DNA from: Bacteroidia bacterium
GTDB lineage: Bacteria; Bacteroidota; Bacteroidia; M30B66
Length of the DNA stretch: 64,000 bases
Direction of reading: 5' to 3'
Assembly: GCA_965279035.1 (NCBI GenBank)
Contig: OZ257142.1
Coordinates: 1,152,001-1,216,000 of the forward strand
The translations under genes were made by a program, and so were the position numbers. A model generated the notes under the pieces. It was not told the DNA's origin, did no database searches, and saw only the letters and a list, made by a program, of their open reading frames with translations. Shown in pieces: positions 47,488 to 56,137 of the stretch. Positions within the stretch are counted from its first letter, which is position 1; each line of letters opens with the position of its first letter.

Positions 47488-48288
47488 TTATTCTTCCGTT
47501 GAAGAAGGAAATTGATATACACTAAGACTATCCTTTCTTAGAAGATACAAGCGATCTTGGTTAATTCGCATATCAATGTAATCGTTTACAGGAAGTTCGA
47601 GCTGACTTTCTTGTAAAGTTTTGATCTGAAAAGCTTGCAATAAGCCGGGAGTTTTGGAATAGTATAAAGTAGTTCCTAGGACTTGAAATCGATTGATTCC
47701 GAAAATAGGAATCGTTCGTATATAGGTTCCGAAAATGTCGAATTGGAGGATTCCCCGATCAGGAACATTCATATACAGATGATTGTCATGTTCCATCATG
47801 AAAACCGGTTGGGGCGCGTAATTCAGTATTTGATTCAGGTTGAGAATTTGAACTGTTTTTTGCATTTGTTGATTGAAACGGCTAAGCGTGTATTCTACTC
47901 CATCAAACACCCAAACACCATTATCGTAAGAAGCACACACTTGAGAAGCTTGTTCGAGTTCCATTTTTTCGAGCTCAATCGGTGTTCCGTTTTCAGTTAA
48001 GGTATTATCTAAAAATAGCACACGCGAAAAGTCTTTATAGAAAACAACAATCTTCAAAGGATTCATTGCATCAACCGAACTAATCTTACCCAAACGTTTA
48101 TTGCTATAAAGTCGAAACAAAGTGCCATTGTCGCGGAACTTAGTCAATGCATCTCCTTGAATAACAATGGGATTTCCGAGATTATCAGTGACTAATATTT
48201 CTCCCTTTACAGGAACAGTCCAAATATGCTTAAATCCACTTTGGTAGGGGAGAAGGAATGCAATAAAAAGAAGGATAGACTGGATCAT
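47488..48288 (-). CDS. Hypothetical exported protein, beta-propeller-like
   Basis: Hydrophobic N-terminus; beta-rich repeats (DNLGN, NPLKIVVFYKDF, FDIFGTY). Confidence 0.7.
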   Translation of the reverse strand: MIQSILLFIAFLLPYQSGFKHIWTVPVKGEILVTDNLGNPIVIQGDALTKFRDNGTLFRLYSNKRLGKISSVDAMNPLKIVVFYKDFSRVLFLDNTLTENGTPIELEKMELEQASQVCASYDNGVWVFDGVEYTLSRFNQQMQKTVQILNLNQILNYAPQPVFMMEHDNHLYMNVPDRGILQFDIFGTYIRTIPIFGINRFQVLGTTLYYSKTPGLLQAFQIKTLQESQLELPVNDYIDMRINQDRLYLLRKDSLSVYQFPSSTEE

Positions 48289-48291
48289 GTT

Positions 48292-49815
48292 TTAGTTAAC
48301 GCCAGTTCCAATTAATTGTAATAATTCATCCAAGTATCTACGATCATTGGATAAGCGCGGGACTTTGTTTTGACCACCCAATTTTCCTCGTTGTTTCATC
48401 CAATAATAAAACGTGCCTGCATCAAGAGATCGTATACGAGGTGCACGAAGGGTGATGTTTTTATATCGCTTCGCTTCATAATCTGAATTGAGCGATTTTA
48501 GTGCATTGTCAAGTACTTCAGTAAAATAGCCAAGATTATCTGGTGCTTTCTCAAATTCAATGAGCCATTCATGTGCTCCGTTGCTGTCAACTTCCATGAA
48601 AATTGGTCCAGCCGTATATTCACGAATGATGGATTGAGACTTCTCACAGGCAATAGCTAATGCCTTTTCAGCATTGTCGATAATGAGTTCTTCGCCAAAT
48701 GTGTTAATGTAATGTTTAGTCCGACCTGCAATACGAATTCGATATGGTGAAATGGAAGTGAACGAAATCACATCTCCAATTTTGTAGCGCCACAATCCTC
48801 CATTAGTAGTAATAACCATGGCATAATTAACTCCTACTTCCACTTGGTCTAACCAAAGGATTGGAGGATTTTCCAAGTCAGCAAAATGTGCAGGGATGAA
48901 TTCGTAAAAAATGCCATAATCGAGCATGAGCAACATTTCTTCTGAATTCCGTTGATCTTGTATTCCAAAGAATCCTTCAGATGCATTATATATTTCGAGG
49001 TAATGCATTTGATCTGAAGGAATCATTTTTTTGTATTGTTCCCTGTATGGAGTGAAACTCACACCACCGTGGAGAAATAACTCCAAATTGGGCCATACTT
49101 CTAGGATGTTAGAAGCTCCTTTAATTTCAACAATTCGTTGAAGGAGAATCATCATCCAAGATGGAACTCCAGCTAAATTCGTAACATCTTCTTCGCTAGT
49201 ATGATGAGCAATGCGTTCGAGTTTTGACTCCCATTCACCCATCAAAGCAATGCTCAAATCGGGTGTACGGATGTATTCAACCCACATGGGAAGATGTTCC
49301 ATGATGATGGCACTTAAATCACCAAACCATGTATTCCCTGATTTTTGATTGAGTTGATGCGAACCGCCTAATGTTAGTCCTTTGCCAGCAAAAATGCGTG
49401 TTTCAGGGTAATTATTACAATAGATCGAAAGCATGTCTTTACCACCTTTAAAGTGACAATCTTCCATAGATTCTTTGCTTAGTGGAATGAACTTACTTTT
49501 ATCGGAAGTAGTACCGGATGATTTAGCAAACCAGCGAATTTCTGTTGGCCAAACAAGATTCTGTTCTCCCATCATCATGCGTTCGATGGATGGTTTTATT
49601 GCTTCGTAATCTTGTAATGGTAAGCGATTGTTGAAACTTTCATAAGAATTTAAACTTCTGAAATCCATCTTCTTACCAAACTCAGTATCCTGAGCTTGAC
49701 TTATTAATTTACGTCTCCATTCATCCTGAACTTCATGAGGAAATTTCATGAAAAGTTCCATCTGGTGAATCCGCTTTTGCATGACCCAGGAAAGGATGGA
49801 ATTTATGATAGACAT
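48292..49815 (-). CDS. GH3 family (acyl acid-amido synthetase-like) protein
   Basis: Adenylation motifs AKSSGTT..KSKFIP, YNASEGF, GLWRY.IGD; GGQNKVPRL. Confidence 0.9.
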   Translation of the reverse strand: MSIINSILSWVMQKRIHQMELFMKFPHEVQDEWRRKLISQAQDTEFGKKMDFRSLNSYESFNNRLPLQDYEAIKPSIERMMMGEQNLVWPTEIRWFAKSSGTTSDKSKFIPLSKESMEDCHFKGGKDMLSIYCNNYPETRIFAGKGLTLGGSHQLNQKSGNTWFGDLSAIIMEHLPMWVEYIRTPDLSIALMGEWESKLERIAHHTSEEDVTNLAGVPSWMMILLQRIVEIKGASNILEVWPNLELFLHGGVSFTPYREQYKKMIPSDQMHYLEIYNASEGFFGIQDQRNSEEMLLMLDYGIFYEFIPAHFADLENPPILWLDQVEVGVNYAMVITTNGGLWRYKIGDVISFTSISPYRIRIAGRTKHYINTFGEELIIDNAEKALAIACEKSQSIIREYTAGPIFMEVDSNGAHEWLIEFEKAPDNLGYFTEVLDNALKSLNSDYEAKRYKNITLRAPRIRSLDAGTFYYWMKQRGKLGGQNKVPRLSNDRRYLDELLQLIGTGVN

Positions 49816-49833
49816 AAGGAATGAGGCTGTTTA

Positions 49834-49841
49834 CAAACCTA
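49834..49841 (-). promoter_or_regulatory. -7 promoter box (TAGGTTTG) for the GH3 gene
   Basis: Matches TAnnTTTG, 18 nt upstream of the ATG. Confidence 0.55.
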
Positions 49842-49865
49842 AGTAAAAGAGATGAGAATTATTTA

Positions 49866-49893
49866 TTACGATTTACGATTTACGAATTACGAT
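49866..49893. repeat. Tandem heptamer TTACGA(T/A) x4
   Basis: TTACGAT TTACGAT TTACGAA TTACGAT, spanning the polX stop codon. Confidence 0.85.
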
Positions 49894-51550
49894 TTTGGGT
49901 ATTCACTTTAGTTGAAAGGAAGGTTTCCATTTCGGAGAGAGACTTTGAGTTGAAAAGGGAATCGCGTGTGAGTCCGCCTTTGCGGGCGACGTTGATGCCG
50001 TATTGTATATCGGTATATCCTTCTTTGCGATGGGCGTCGGGATTGATGGAGATTTGAACTCCTTTTTCGAGGCAGTAGGGAATCCAACGCCAGTCAATAT
50101 CTAAGCGATACGGGTGGGCATTTAATTCCATTATTACTCCATTGGCTGCACAAGCATCTATTACTTTTTTATAGTCTATAGGATATCCTTTACGTGAAAG
50201 TAAAAGTCGGCCGGTTGGATGACCAAGAATAGTGGTGTAAGGGTTTTCAATGGCTGTAATCAATCGACTTGTTGCTCGATCCAAATCCATATTTAAAATG
50301 GAATGGATTGAGGCAACAACTAAATCGAATGAGGCAAGAATTTCATCCGGATAATCGAGTGAACCATCGCTCAAAATGTCGCTCTCAATCCCTTTGAAAA
50401 TCTTGAAAGGACTTAGTTTTAGGTTCAGTTGATCAATCTCTTTATGTTGCTGTACTACTTTTTCGATGCTTAATCCACCTGCATAAAATGCAGATTTGCT
50501 ATGGTCGCATATGCCGAGGTATTCCATCCCTAAATCACGACAAGCAATGGCCATTTCTTCTAAGGTATTGGCACCATCGCTATAGGTACTGTGGTTGTGT
50601 AAAATGCCTCGAATATCTTTCCAAACGACCAATTTTTCTATATCGATTGATGCAGCATCATCAATAGGTAAATCGCGTAATTCGGGGAGAATGAATGGGA
50701 AGCCACGTTCTTCATAAAAACTTGTTTCAGAAACAACCGGTTCTTCGGGATCTAAATCGAGTTCTTCTAAATGTTCAGGCGGACCAGTTCGTAATAGTAG
50801 TTCTCGTTCAAACGAATCTTCCTCGCAGCAAATAAGGTAAATGGTATATTTTTCTGCTAATTTGATGATGATACTATCTTCTAGGACAGAATCAATTTGT
50901 ATCTCGGGTATGATTTGAAGAAGGATTTCTAATTCATTTAAATCTGATATTACAAGTAATTCGATGGTTTCGATTATTTCCATTAATCTTCTTAATTCTC
51001 CAGTATAAGAGATTTGAAGTGAATCGTCTTGTTTGTGAAGGAGACGTATCAATTCATTGGCAGCTGTTTCGGCTTCAGCAAAATGAAATTTACCCAAGTT
51101 TGTTAATCGGTATTCAAGTGCAGCTTTGATCGTTTCTTGAGTTTTTACTCCAAATCCTTTGAGTTCTACCAAACGGTTCTCATGGCAGGCATATAATAAT
51201 TCACCAGGAGATTCGATTCCTAGTTCTTTCCAAATAGTTGCCACTTTTTTAGGACCGATGCCCTTAATTCCCAACATTTCAATAACACCTGCTGGAGTAA
51301 TGGATGCATAATGTGTGAGATCTGAAGTAGTCCCTGTGAGTTGAATATCTAAAATGACCTGGGCAATACTTTTCCCTATACCAGGAATTTTAACTAATTC
51401 CTCTATTGTTTTTCCTTCAAGAGCTTCACCTGCTCGATCTACATTAAATGCGGCATTAGTAAACGACTTTAGCTTGAATGGATTCTCATCGTGTAATTCA
51501 CCCAAGGAAGCAATTAGCTTTAAAGCACGAGATATTTCTTTGTTCGTCAT
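49880..51550 (-). CDS. polX: PolX family protein with PHP exonuclease domain and non-canonical polymerase site
   Basis: ENPFK, HhH motifs GIGK and GIGPK, PHP motifs HNHSTYSDG, DHS, GHPTGR, INPDAH. Confidence 0.9.
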   Translation of the reverse strand: MTNKEISRALKLIASLGELHDENPFKLKSFTNAAFNVDRAGEALEGKTIEELVKIPGIGKSIAQVILDIQLTGTTSDLTHYASITPAGVIEMLGIKGIGPKKVATIWKELGIESPGELLYACHENRLVELKGFGVKTQETIKAALEYRLTNLGKFHFAEAETAANELIRLLHKQDDSLQISYTGELRRLMEIIETIELLVISDLNELEILLQIIPEIQIDSVLEDSIIIKLAEKYTIYLICCEEDSFERELLLRTGPPEHLEELDLDPEEPVVSETSFYEERGFPFILPELRDLPIDDAASIDIEKLVVWKDIRGILHNHSTYSDGANTLEEMAIACRDLGMEYLGICDHSKSAFYAGGLSIEKVVQQHKEIDQLNLKLSPFKIFKGIESDILSDGSLDYPDEILASFDLVVASIHSILNMDLDRATSRLITAIENPYTTILGHPTGRLLLSRKGYPIDYKKVIDACAANGVIMELNAHPYRLDIDWRWIPYCLEKGVQISINPDAHRKEGYTDIQYGINVARKGGLTRDSLFNSKSLSEMETFLSTKVNTQNRNS

Positions 51551-51570
51551 TTTGGAGAATAGATAAAACA

Positions 51571-51608
51571 GAAACGCTAATGAAAACCGAAGTAATCATT
51601 AGCGTTTC
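51571..51608 (-). terminator. Intrinsic terminator after sppA
   Basis: GAAACGCTAATGA-N12-TCATTAGCGTTTC inverted repeat. Confidence 0.7.
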
Positions 51609-51626
51609 AATATTAAAGAAAGAAAA

Positions 51627-53381
51627 TCAATAAAGTTCTAACTCATAAGGAAGTCGAGCTTGATATGATTTCATCGCACGTAAGTGCTCTAATTGCTGAT
51701 AATAACGATACGATTCACCTAGGGTTTTTTGAAGAATCGCCGCTTCTGAATCACCACTTAATTGTTTCATGAATTTCTGAAAAGGATCTTCGAGATAAGG
51801 TAATTCTTGAATGCGATAAGAAGTTAATCCTGCTTTTTTAGCTGCTATCTCAATGGCTTTATCTAAGCCTCCAAATACATCAACTAAACCTAAACGTTTT
51901 GCATCAGCGCCAGACCAAACACGACCTTGAGCAATTGAATCGACATTCGCTTTAGTCATGTGACGACCTTCTGAAACACGGGTTACGAAATTGTCATAAA
52001 TACGCTCAATTTCTTTTTGAATTACTTCGGATTCCTGAGCTGTAACGGCTCGAGAAGCTGTCATGATATCTGCATACGGATTGGTTTTAACTGTATCGAT
52101 AGTAACTCCAATATTATTTACCATTTGGCGTGCGTTGAAGAATAGACCAAATACACCGATAGAACCTGTAATTGTATTCGGGCTGGCAACGATAGTATCA
52201 CATGGAGCAGCAATATAATAACCACCCGAAGCAGCTACATTTCCCATAGAAGCAATGACTGGCTTCACTTTGCGAGTTAGCATCACTTCTCTCCAAATTG
52301 TTTCAGAAGCAAGTGCTGATCCGCCAGGAGAGTTAATTCGAAGGACAACTGCTTTTACTTTTTCGTCTAAACGAGCTTTACGAATTGCTTTTGAAAATTC
52401 AACCGAACCAACTTGTCCGTCTTTTCCTTCACCATCAACAATATCACCTTCGGCAAAAACAATGGCGATTTTATCTTTTCCTGATTTGTCGCGAGTATCT
52501 TTTACATCCACCATTTTGCCCATCGTCACAAATTCAATTTCGTCAATTCCTTTGGCGCTAGTCTTCTTTTGAAGGATTTCAAGGACTTCATCTCGGTATT
52601 TTAGTTCATCTACCAATTTATACTGAACCGCCGCTGGAGCATTCGTTACTAGCATTCGACTTGCAATATCTTGAACCTGTGCAGTCGTGATTTTACGCTC
52701 TTTAGCGATACCTTCAACTAAGTGATTCCATATAGATCCAATGTAAGAACGGATTTGTTCACGATTAGCATCCGAAAGTTTATCCTGAATGAATGGTTCA
52801 ACAGCACTTTTGAATTTTCCATGACGAAAAACCTGAGGCTCAACACCAATTTTATCGAGTGTTCCTTTGAAGAAAAGTACTTCAGAACGGAGACCTTTTA
52901 ATTCGGCCATTCCGGTAGGATGCAGGTAAATTTTATCAGCTGCTGTAGCGAGGTAATAAGAAGGTTGAGTGAACCCTTCGCTATAGGCATAGATGAATTT
53001 ACCAGATTTCTTGAATTCGATTAATTCATTGCGAATTTCTTCGATGGTAGCAATCCCAGAAGGAACGCTAGTTACATCAAGGAAAATCCCAGTAATATTT
53101 TCATCGGCAGCAGCTTTTGCAATGTTGTCAAGGATGTCGTTTAATCCGATTTGTTTTCCACCTGACATAGAGCCGAAGTTGAAGTTTGCAAATGGATTAT
53201 CGTTACCTCGATCTTTAATTGGTTCATCAAAAGTGAGATGAAGTACAGAGTTTTTTTCAAGTTTGACTTCTTTGTCGCCTGAACTAGCACCAATAATTGC
53301 TGCTAGAATAATAAAAAGCACAAAAAATGTGAGCAAAAAGCCCAGCATTGATGCGAAAACAATTTTAAAAAATGATTTCAT
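51627..53381 (-). CDS. sppA: Signal peptide peptidase SppA (67 kDa type)
   Basis: Motifs YYLAT.AD, GKFKSAVEPF, LRINSPGGSA, SMGNVAASGGY, TGSIGV, QGRVWSG. Confidence 0.95.
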   Translation of the reverse strand: MKSFFKIVFASMLGFLLTFFVLFIILAAIIGASSGDKEVKLEKNSVLHLTFDEPIKDRGNDNPFANFNFGSMSGGKQIGLNDILDNIAKAAADENITGIFLDVTSVPSGIATIEEIRNELIEFKKSGKFIYAYSEGFTQPSYYLATAADKIYLHPTGMAELKGLRSEVLFFKGTLDKIGVEPQVFRHGKFKSAVEPFIQDKLSDANREQIRSYIGSIWNHLVEGIAKERKITTAQVQDIASRMLVTNAPAAVQYKLVDELKYRDEVLEILQKKTSAKGIDEIEFVTMGKMVDVKDTRDKSGKDKIAIVFAEGDIVDGEGKDGQVGSVEFSKAIRKARLDEKVKAVVLRINSPGGSALASETIWREVMLTRKVKPVIASMGNVAASGGYYIAAPCDTIVASPNTITGSIGVFGLFFNARQMVNNIGVTIDTVKTNPYADIMTASRAVTAQESEVIQKEIERIYDNFVTRVSEGRHMTKANVDSIAQGRVWSGADAKRLGLVDVFGGLDKAIEIAAKKAGLTSYRIQELPYLEDPFQKFMKQLSGDSEAAILQKTLGESYRYYQQLEHLRAMKSYQARLPYELELY

Positions 53382-53446
53382 GGGTAGGGAGAGAATTAGG
53401 GGTGCAAAGTAGGAAATTGTATAATGGAAAAAAGTAGTTTCGGGTC

Positions 53447-53938
53447 ATGGAACAAATCGGAATTGGGATAGGAAGTAATATGGGCGACCGACTTGGGAAT
53501 TTAAGAAGGGCAGTTGAAGAGATTCAACCTTTACTTTTGCAACAAGCGGAGTATTCTTCGGTTGTAGAATCGTCGGCATGGGGTTATCAATCATCGAATG
53601 CATATTTTAATATAGTAATTGTTGGTTTCACTAAGTTGAAGGTTGAGGATTTACTTGAAAAGCTATTATCCATTGAAAAGCAACTTGGGAGGAATAGAAA
53701 TGAAAAAGGTTACAGTGACAGACCAATTGATTTAGATATTTTATTTTATGGTAATGCAATCATTGAGAATTCCAGCCTAATTATTCCTCATCCAAGAATG
53801 GAATTAAGGGAATTTGTTATGTATCCATTGCAAGAAATACTTCCACAGTGGGTTCATCCAAAGAATGGCAAAACCATATCTGAAATAATGAAAGCATTTA
53901 ATGATGAACTGTTATTGGATAGATTTCGATTGTATTAG
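53447..53938 (+). CDS. folK: 2-amino-4-hydroxy-6-hydroxymethyldihydropteridine diphosphokinase
   Basis: Motifs IGSNMGDR, IEKQLGR, DRPIDLDIL, IPHPRM..REFV..PL. Confidence 0.95.
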   Translation: MEQIGIGIGSNMGDRLGNLRRAVEEIQPLLLQQAEYSSVVESSAWGYQSSNAYFNIVIVGFTKLKVEDLLEKLLSIEKQLGRNRNEKGYSDRPIDLDILFYGNAIIENSSLIIPHPRMELREFVMYPLQEILPQWVHPKNGKTISEIMKAFNDELLLDRFRLY

Positions 53939-54058
53939 TTTTTAAAATTGCCAAGAATCTTACATATGTATTGTTAAAATACTGTTAACTAAGCTATGCA
54001 TCTTGTAATCAGCTTGTTGAATATAAAATGCATTGGTGTATGTTTGAAAATCATTTGA

Positions 54059-54066
54059 TACTTTTG
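54059..54066 (+). promoter_or_regulatory. -7 promoter box (TACTTTTG) for the OmpA/TPR lipoprotein gene
   Basis: Matches TAnnTTTG, 26 nt upstream of ATG 54093. Confidence 0.6.
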
Positions 54067-54092
54067 CGCCGATTTTAGTACTAACACCAAAA

Positions 54093-55820
54093 ATGCTTCG
54101 AATGAATAAGTTCACAAAAGCAGTTCTTCTGTTTATCATTCCAGTAACCATGCTCAGTGTAGCAAGTTGTGGAATAAAGAAAATGATTAAAGATGCCGGT
54201 AAAATTACGTATGAGGCAAAGCCAAATCCATTGGAATTACATGGCGATAGTGTAAAGATTAGTATTAGTGGAAATTTTCCAGCTAAGTATTTTCATAAAA
54301 AAGCGATTCTAACTGTTACTCCAGTTGTAAAATATAATGGAGGAGAAAAAGAGTTAAAGAGCATCATTCTTCGTGGTGATAAAGTAGAAGGTGCAGGGCA
54401 GAACATTACGTATACCGAAGGAGGAAAGTTTTCTGTTAATGATCAGTTCCTATATGTAAATGGAATGGATAAAGCAGAAGTTATATTACGTACAACTGCA
54501 CAATACAAATCAAAAACAACTAATCTTCCAGAAGTTACTATTGCAAAAGGTACGATTGTCACTCCATTGTTATTGAAAAAGGATTATCAGCCAAGTTTTG
54601 CAACAGATAAGTTTGACAAGAATCCAACGGTAACACAGAAATCAAATATTTACTATTTGGTAGATTCTTGGGAAGTGCGAAATGTTGAATTGAAGAGTGA
54701 CGAATCGGACAATATGAACCGATTTATTGATCGTGCTGCAAAAGACGGATCTGAATTCGTGAAATTGGATATCTATGGATATGCTTCTCCAGAAGGTGAA
54801 TTATCTAGAAATTCAAAACTTTCGGAAAACAGAGCTGATGAAGCGTATAAAGTGATTCTGTCTCAATTCAAAAAAGCAAAACTGAAAGATTTAGAGAAGA
54901 GAGAAGGCTTTTACAATAAGATTACTACCGATTATGAAGATTGGGATGGTTTGAAAAAGATGCTTCAAACATCTTCTATTAGTGGGAAAGATGAGGCAAT
55001 GAAAGTCATCACAACGATTTCCGATCCTGAAGCTCGTGAGGCAGAATTTAAAAAGATTGCTTCGTTTGATCCAATTTATGAGGCGTATTTCCCTAAACTA
55101 CGTCGTGCTGAAATTAATTTAGTTGCTAAAATCAAAACACGTACTGATGATCAGATTCGTGCAGCAGCTTTAGCTTCTCCTGATTCACTTGGAATGGAAG
55201 AGTTATTATATGGATCAACTTTGTTGGATTCGGATGATGATAAATTGAAAGTGTATCAAGCGTATGCACGTCGATTCCCAGAAGACTTCCGTGGTTTTAA
55301 CAATATGGGAGTTATCTATGTGAAACAAGGAAAAATCAATGAAGCTCAGCAAGAGTTTGAGAAAGCATCGAAAGTAGCTGGAAATAATGCCTTGGTACAA
55401 AATAACCTAGGAGTTGTTGCTGCAATGAAAGGTGATCGCAAAGCAGCATCTCAGTTTTTTGCAGCCGCTGGCTCAACAACCGAAGCTGCCCATAATAAAG
55501 GAAATCTAGCAGTTGCAGCAGGTAAATATGCTGATGCTTCAACTAATTTTGGATCTGAATGTAGCTACAATGCGGCATTAGCCAAGTTACTTTCAGGTAA
55601 TGCTTCTGGTGCTACACAAACTTTGGATTGTAGTTCAGATAAGGACAGTGCCGAAGGATATTACTTGCGTGCTGTAATTGCTGCTCGAAGTAATAATAAA
55701 GAAGGAGTTGTATCCAATTTGACAAAAGCTATTTCGGCTAAATCAAACCTTAAAGACAAGGCAAAAAGCGATATGGAATTTGCAAAGTATGCCACTGAAC
55801 TTGCTGGGATATTGAACTAA
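54093..55820 (+). CDS. Lipoprotein with OmpA-like domain and C-terminal TPR repeats
   Basis: Lipobox SVASC; IYGYASPEG..N.KLSENRA (OmpA-like); TPR repeats FNNMG, QNNLG, HNKGN, YNAAL. Confidence 0.82.
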   Translation: MLRMNKFTKAVLLFIIPVTMLSVASCGIKKMIKDAGKITYEAKPNPLELHGDSVKISISGNFPAKYFHKKAILTVTPVVKYNGGEKELKSIILRGDKVEGAGQNITYTEGGKFSVNDQFLYVNGMDKAEVILRTTAQYKSKTTNLPEVTIAKGTIVTPLLLKKDYQPSFATDKFDKNPTVTQKSNIYYLVDSWEVRNVELKSDESDNMNRFIDRAAKDGSEFVKLDIYGYASPEGELSRNSKLSENRADEAYKVILSQFKKAKLKDLEKREGFYNKITTDYEDWDGLKKMLQTSSISGKDEAMKVITTISDPEAREAEFKKIASFDPIYEAYFPKLRRAEINLVAKIKTRTDDQIRAAALASPDSLGMEELLYGSTLLDSDDDKLKVYQAYARRFPEDFRGFNNMGVIYVKQGKINEAQQEFEKASKVAGNNALVQNNLGVVAAMKGDRKAASQFFAAAGSTTEAAHNKGNLAVAAGKYADASTNFGSECSYNAALAKLLSGNASGATQTLDCSSDKDSAEGYYLRAVIAARSNNKEGVVSNLTKAISAKSNLKDKAKSDMEFAKYATELAGILN

Positions 55821-55837
55821 AAAATAAGATTTAAATG

Positions 55838-55871
55838 AAAAGGCGCTTGTGTAAGAACAAGCGCCTTTTTT
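55838..55871 (+). terminator. Intrinsic terminator after the OmpA/TPR lipoprotein gene
   Basis: AAAAGGCGCTTGT-GTAAGA-ACAAGCGCCTTTT followed by a T run. Confidence 0.88.
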
Positions 55872-56137
55872 GTTGAATATAGCCCTCCTTATGTAAGAAA
55901 TCGGAAATCTTTCGTTCGATTGCTTCGACATGAAAAAATAGCTTTGTTTCCGGTTATTGAAAAGGAATAATTGCAAAGTATTGTTTGTCGTTTTTAATTC
56001 AAACAATAGGTAGGTGTTTCAAAGAGAAGTAATGCTTCTCCAGCTTTTTCAAGCGAATACTCACATTAGGTAGAACTTATCAGTTCGCGCCATTGCTACT
56101 GCTTTGCTTTTTCATTTTTGATTTCCCGCTTTCCAAA

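Noticed and set aside
49821-50057. 78-aa plus-strand ORF spanning the heptamer repeat
   Set aside because: Antisense to the polX 3' end; its LRFTIYELRF stretch is simply the translated repeat.
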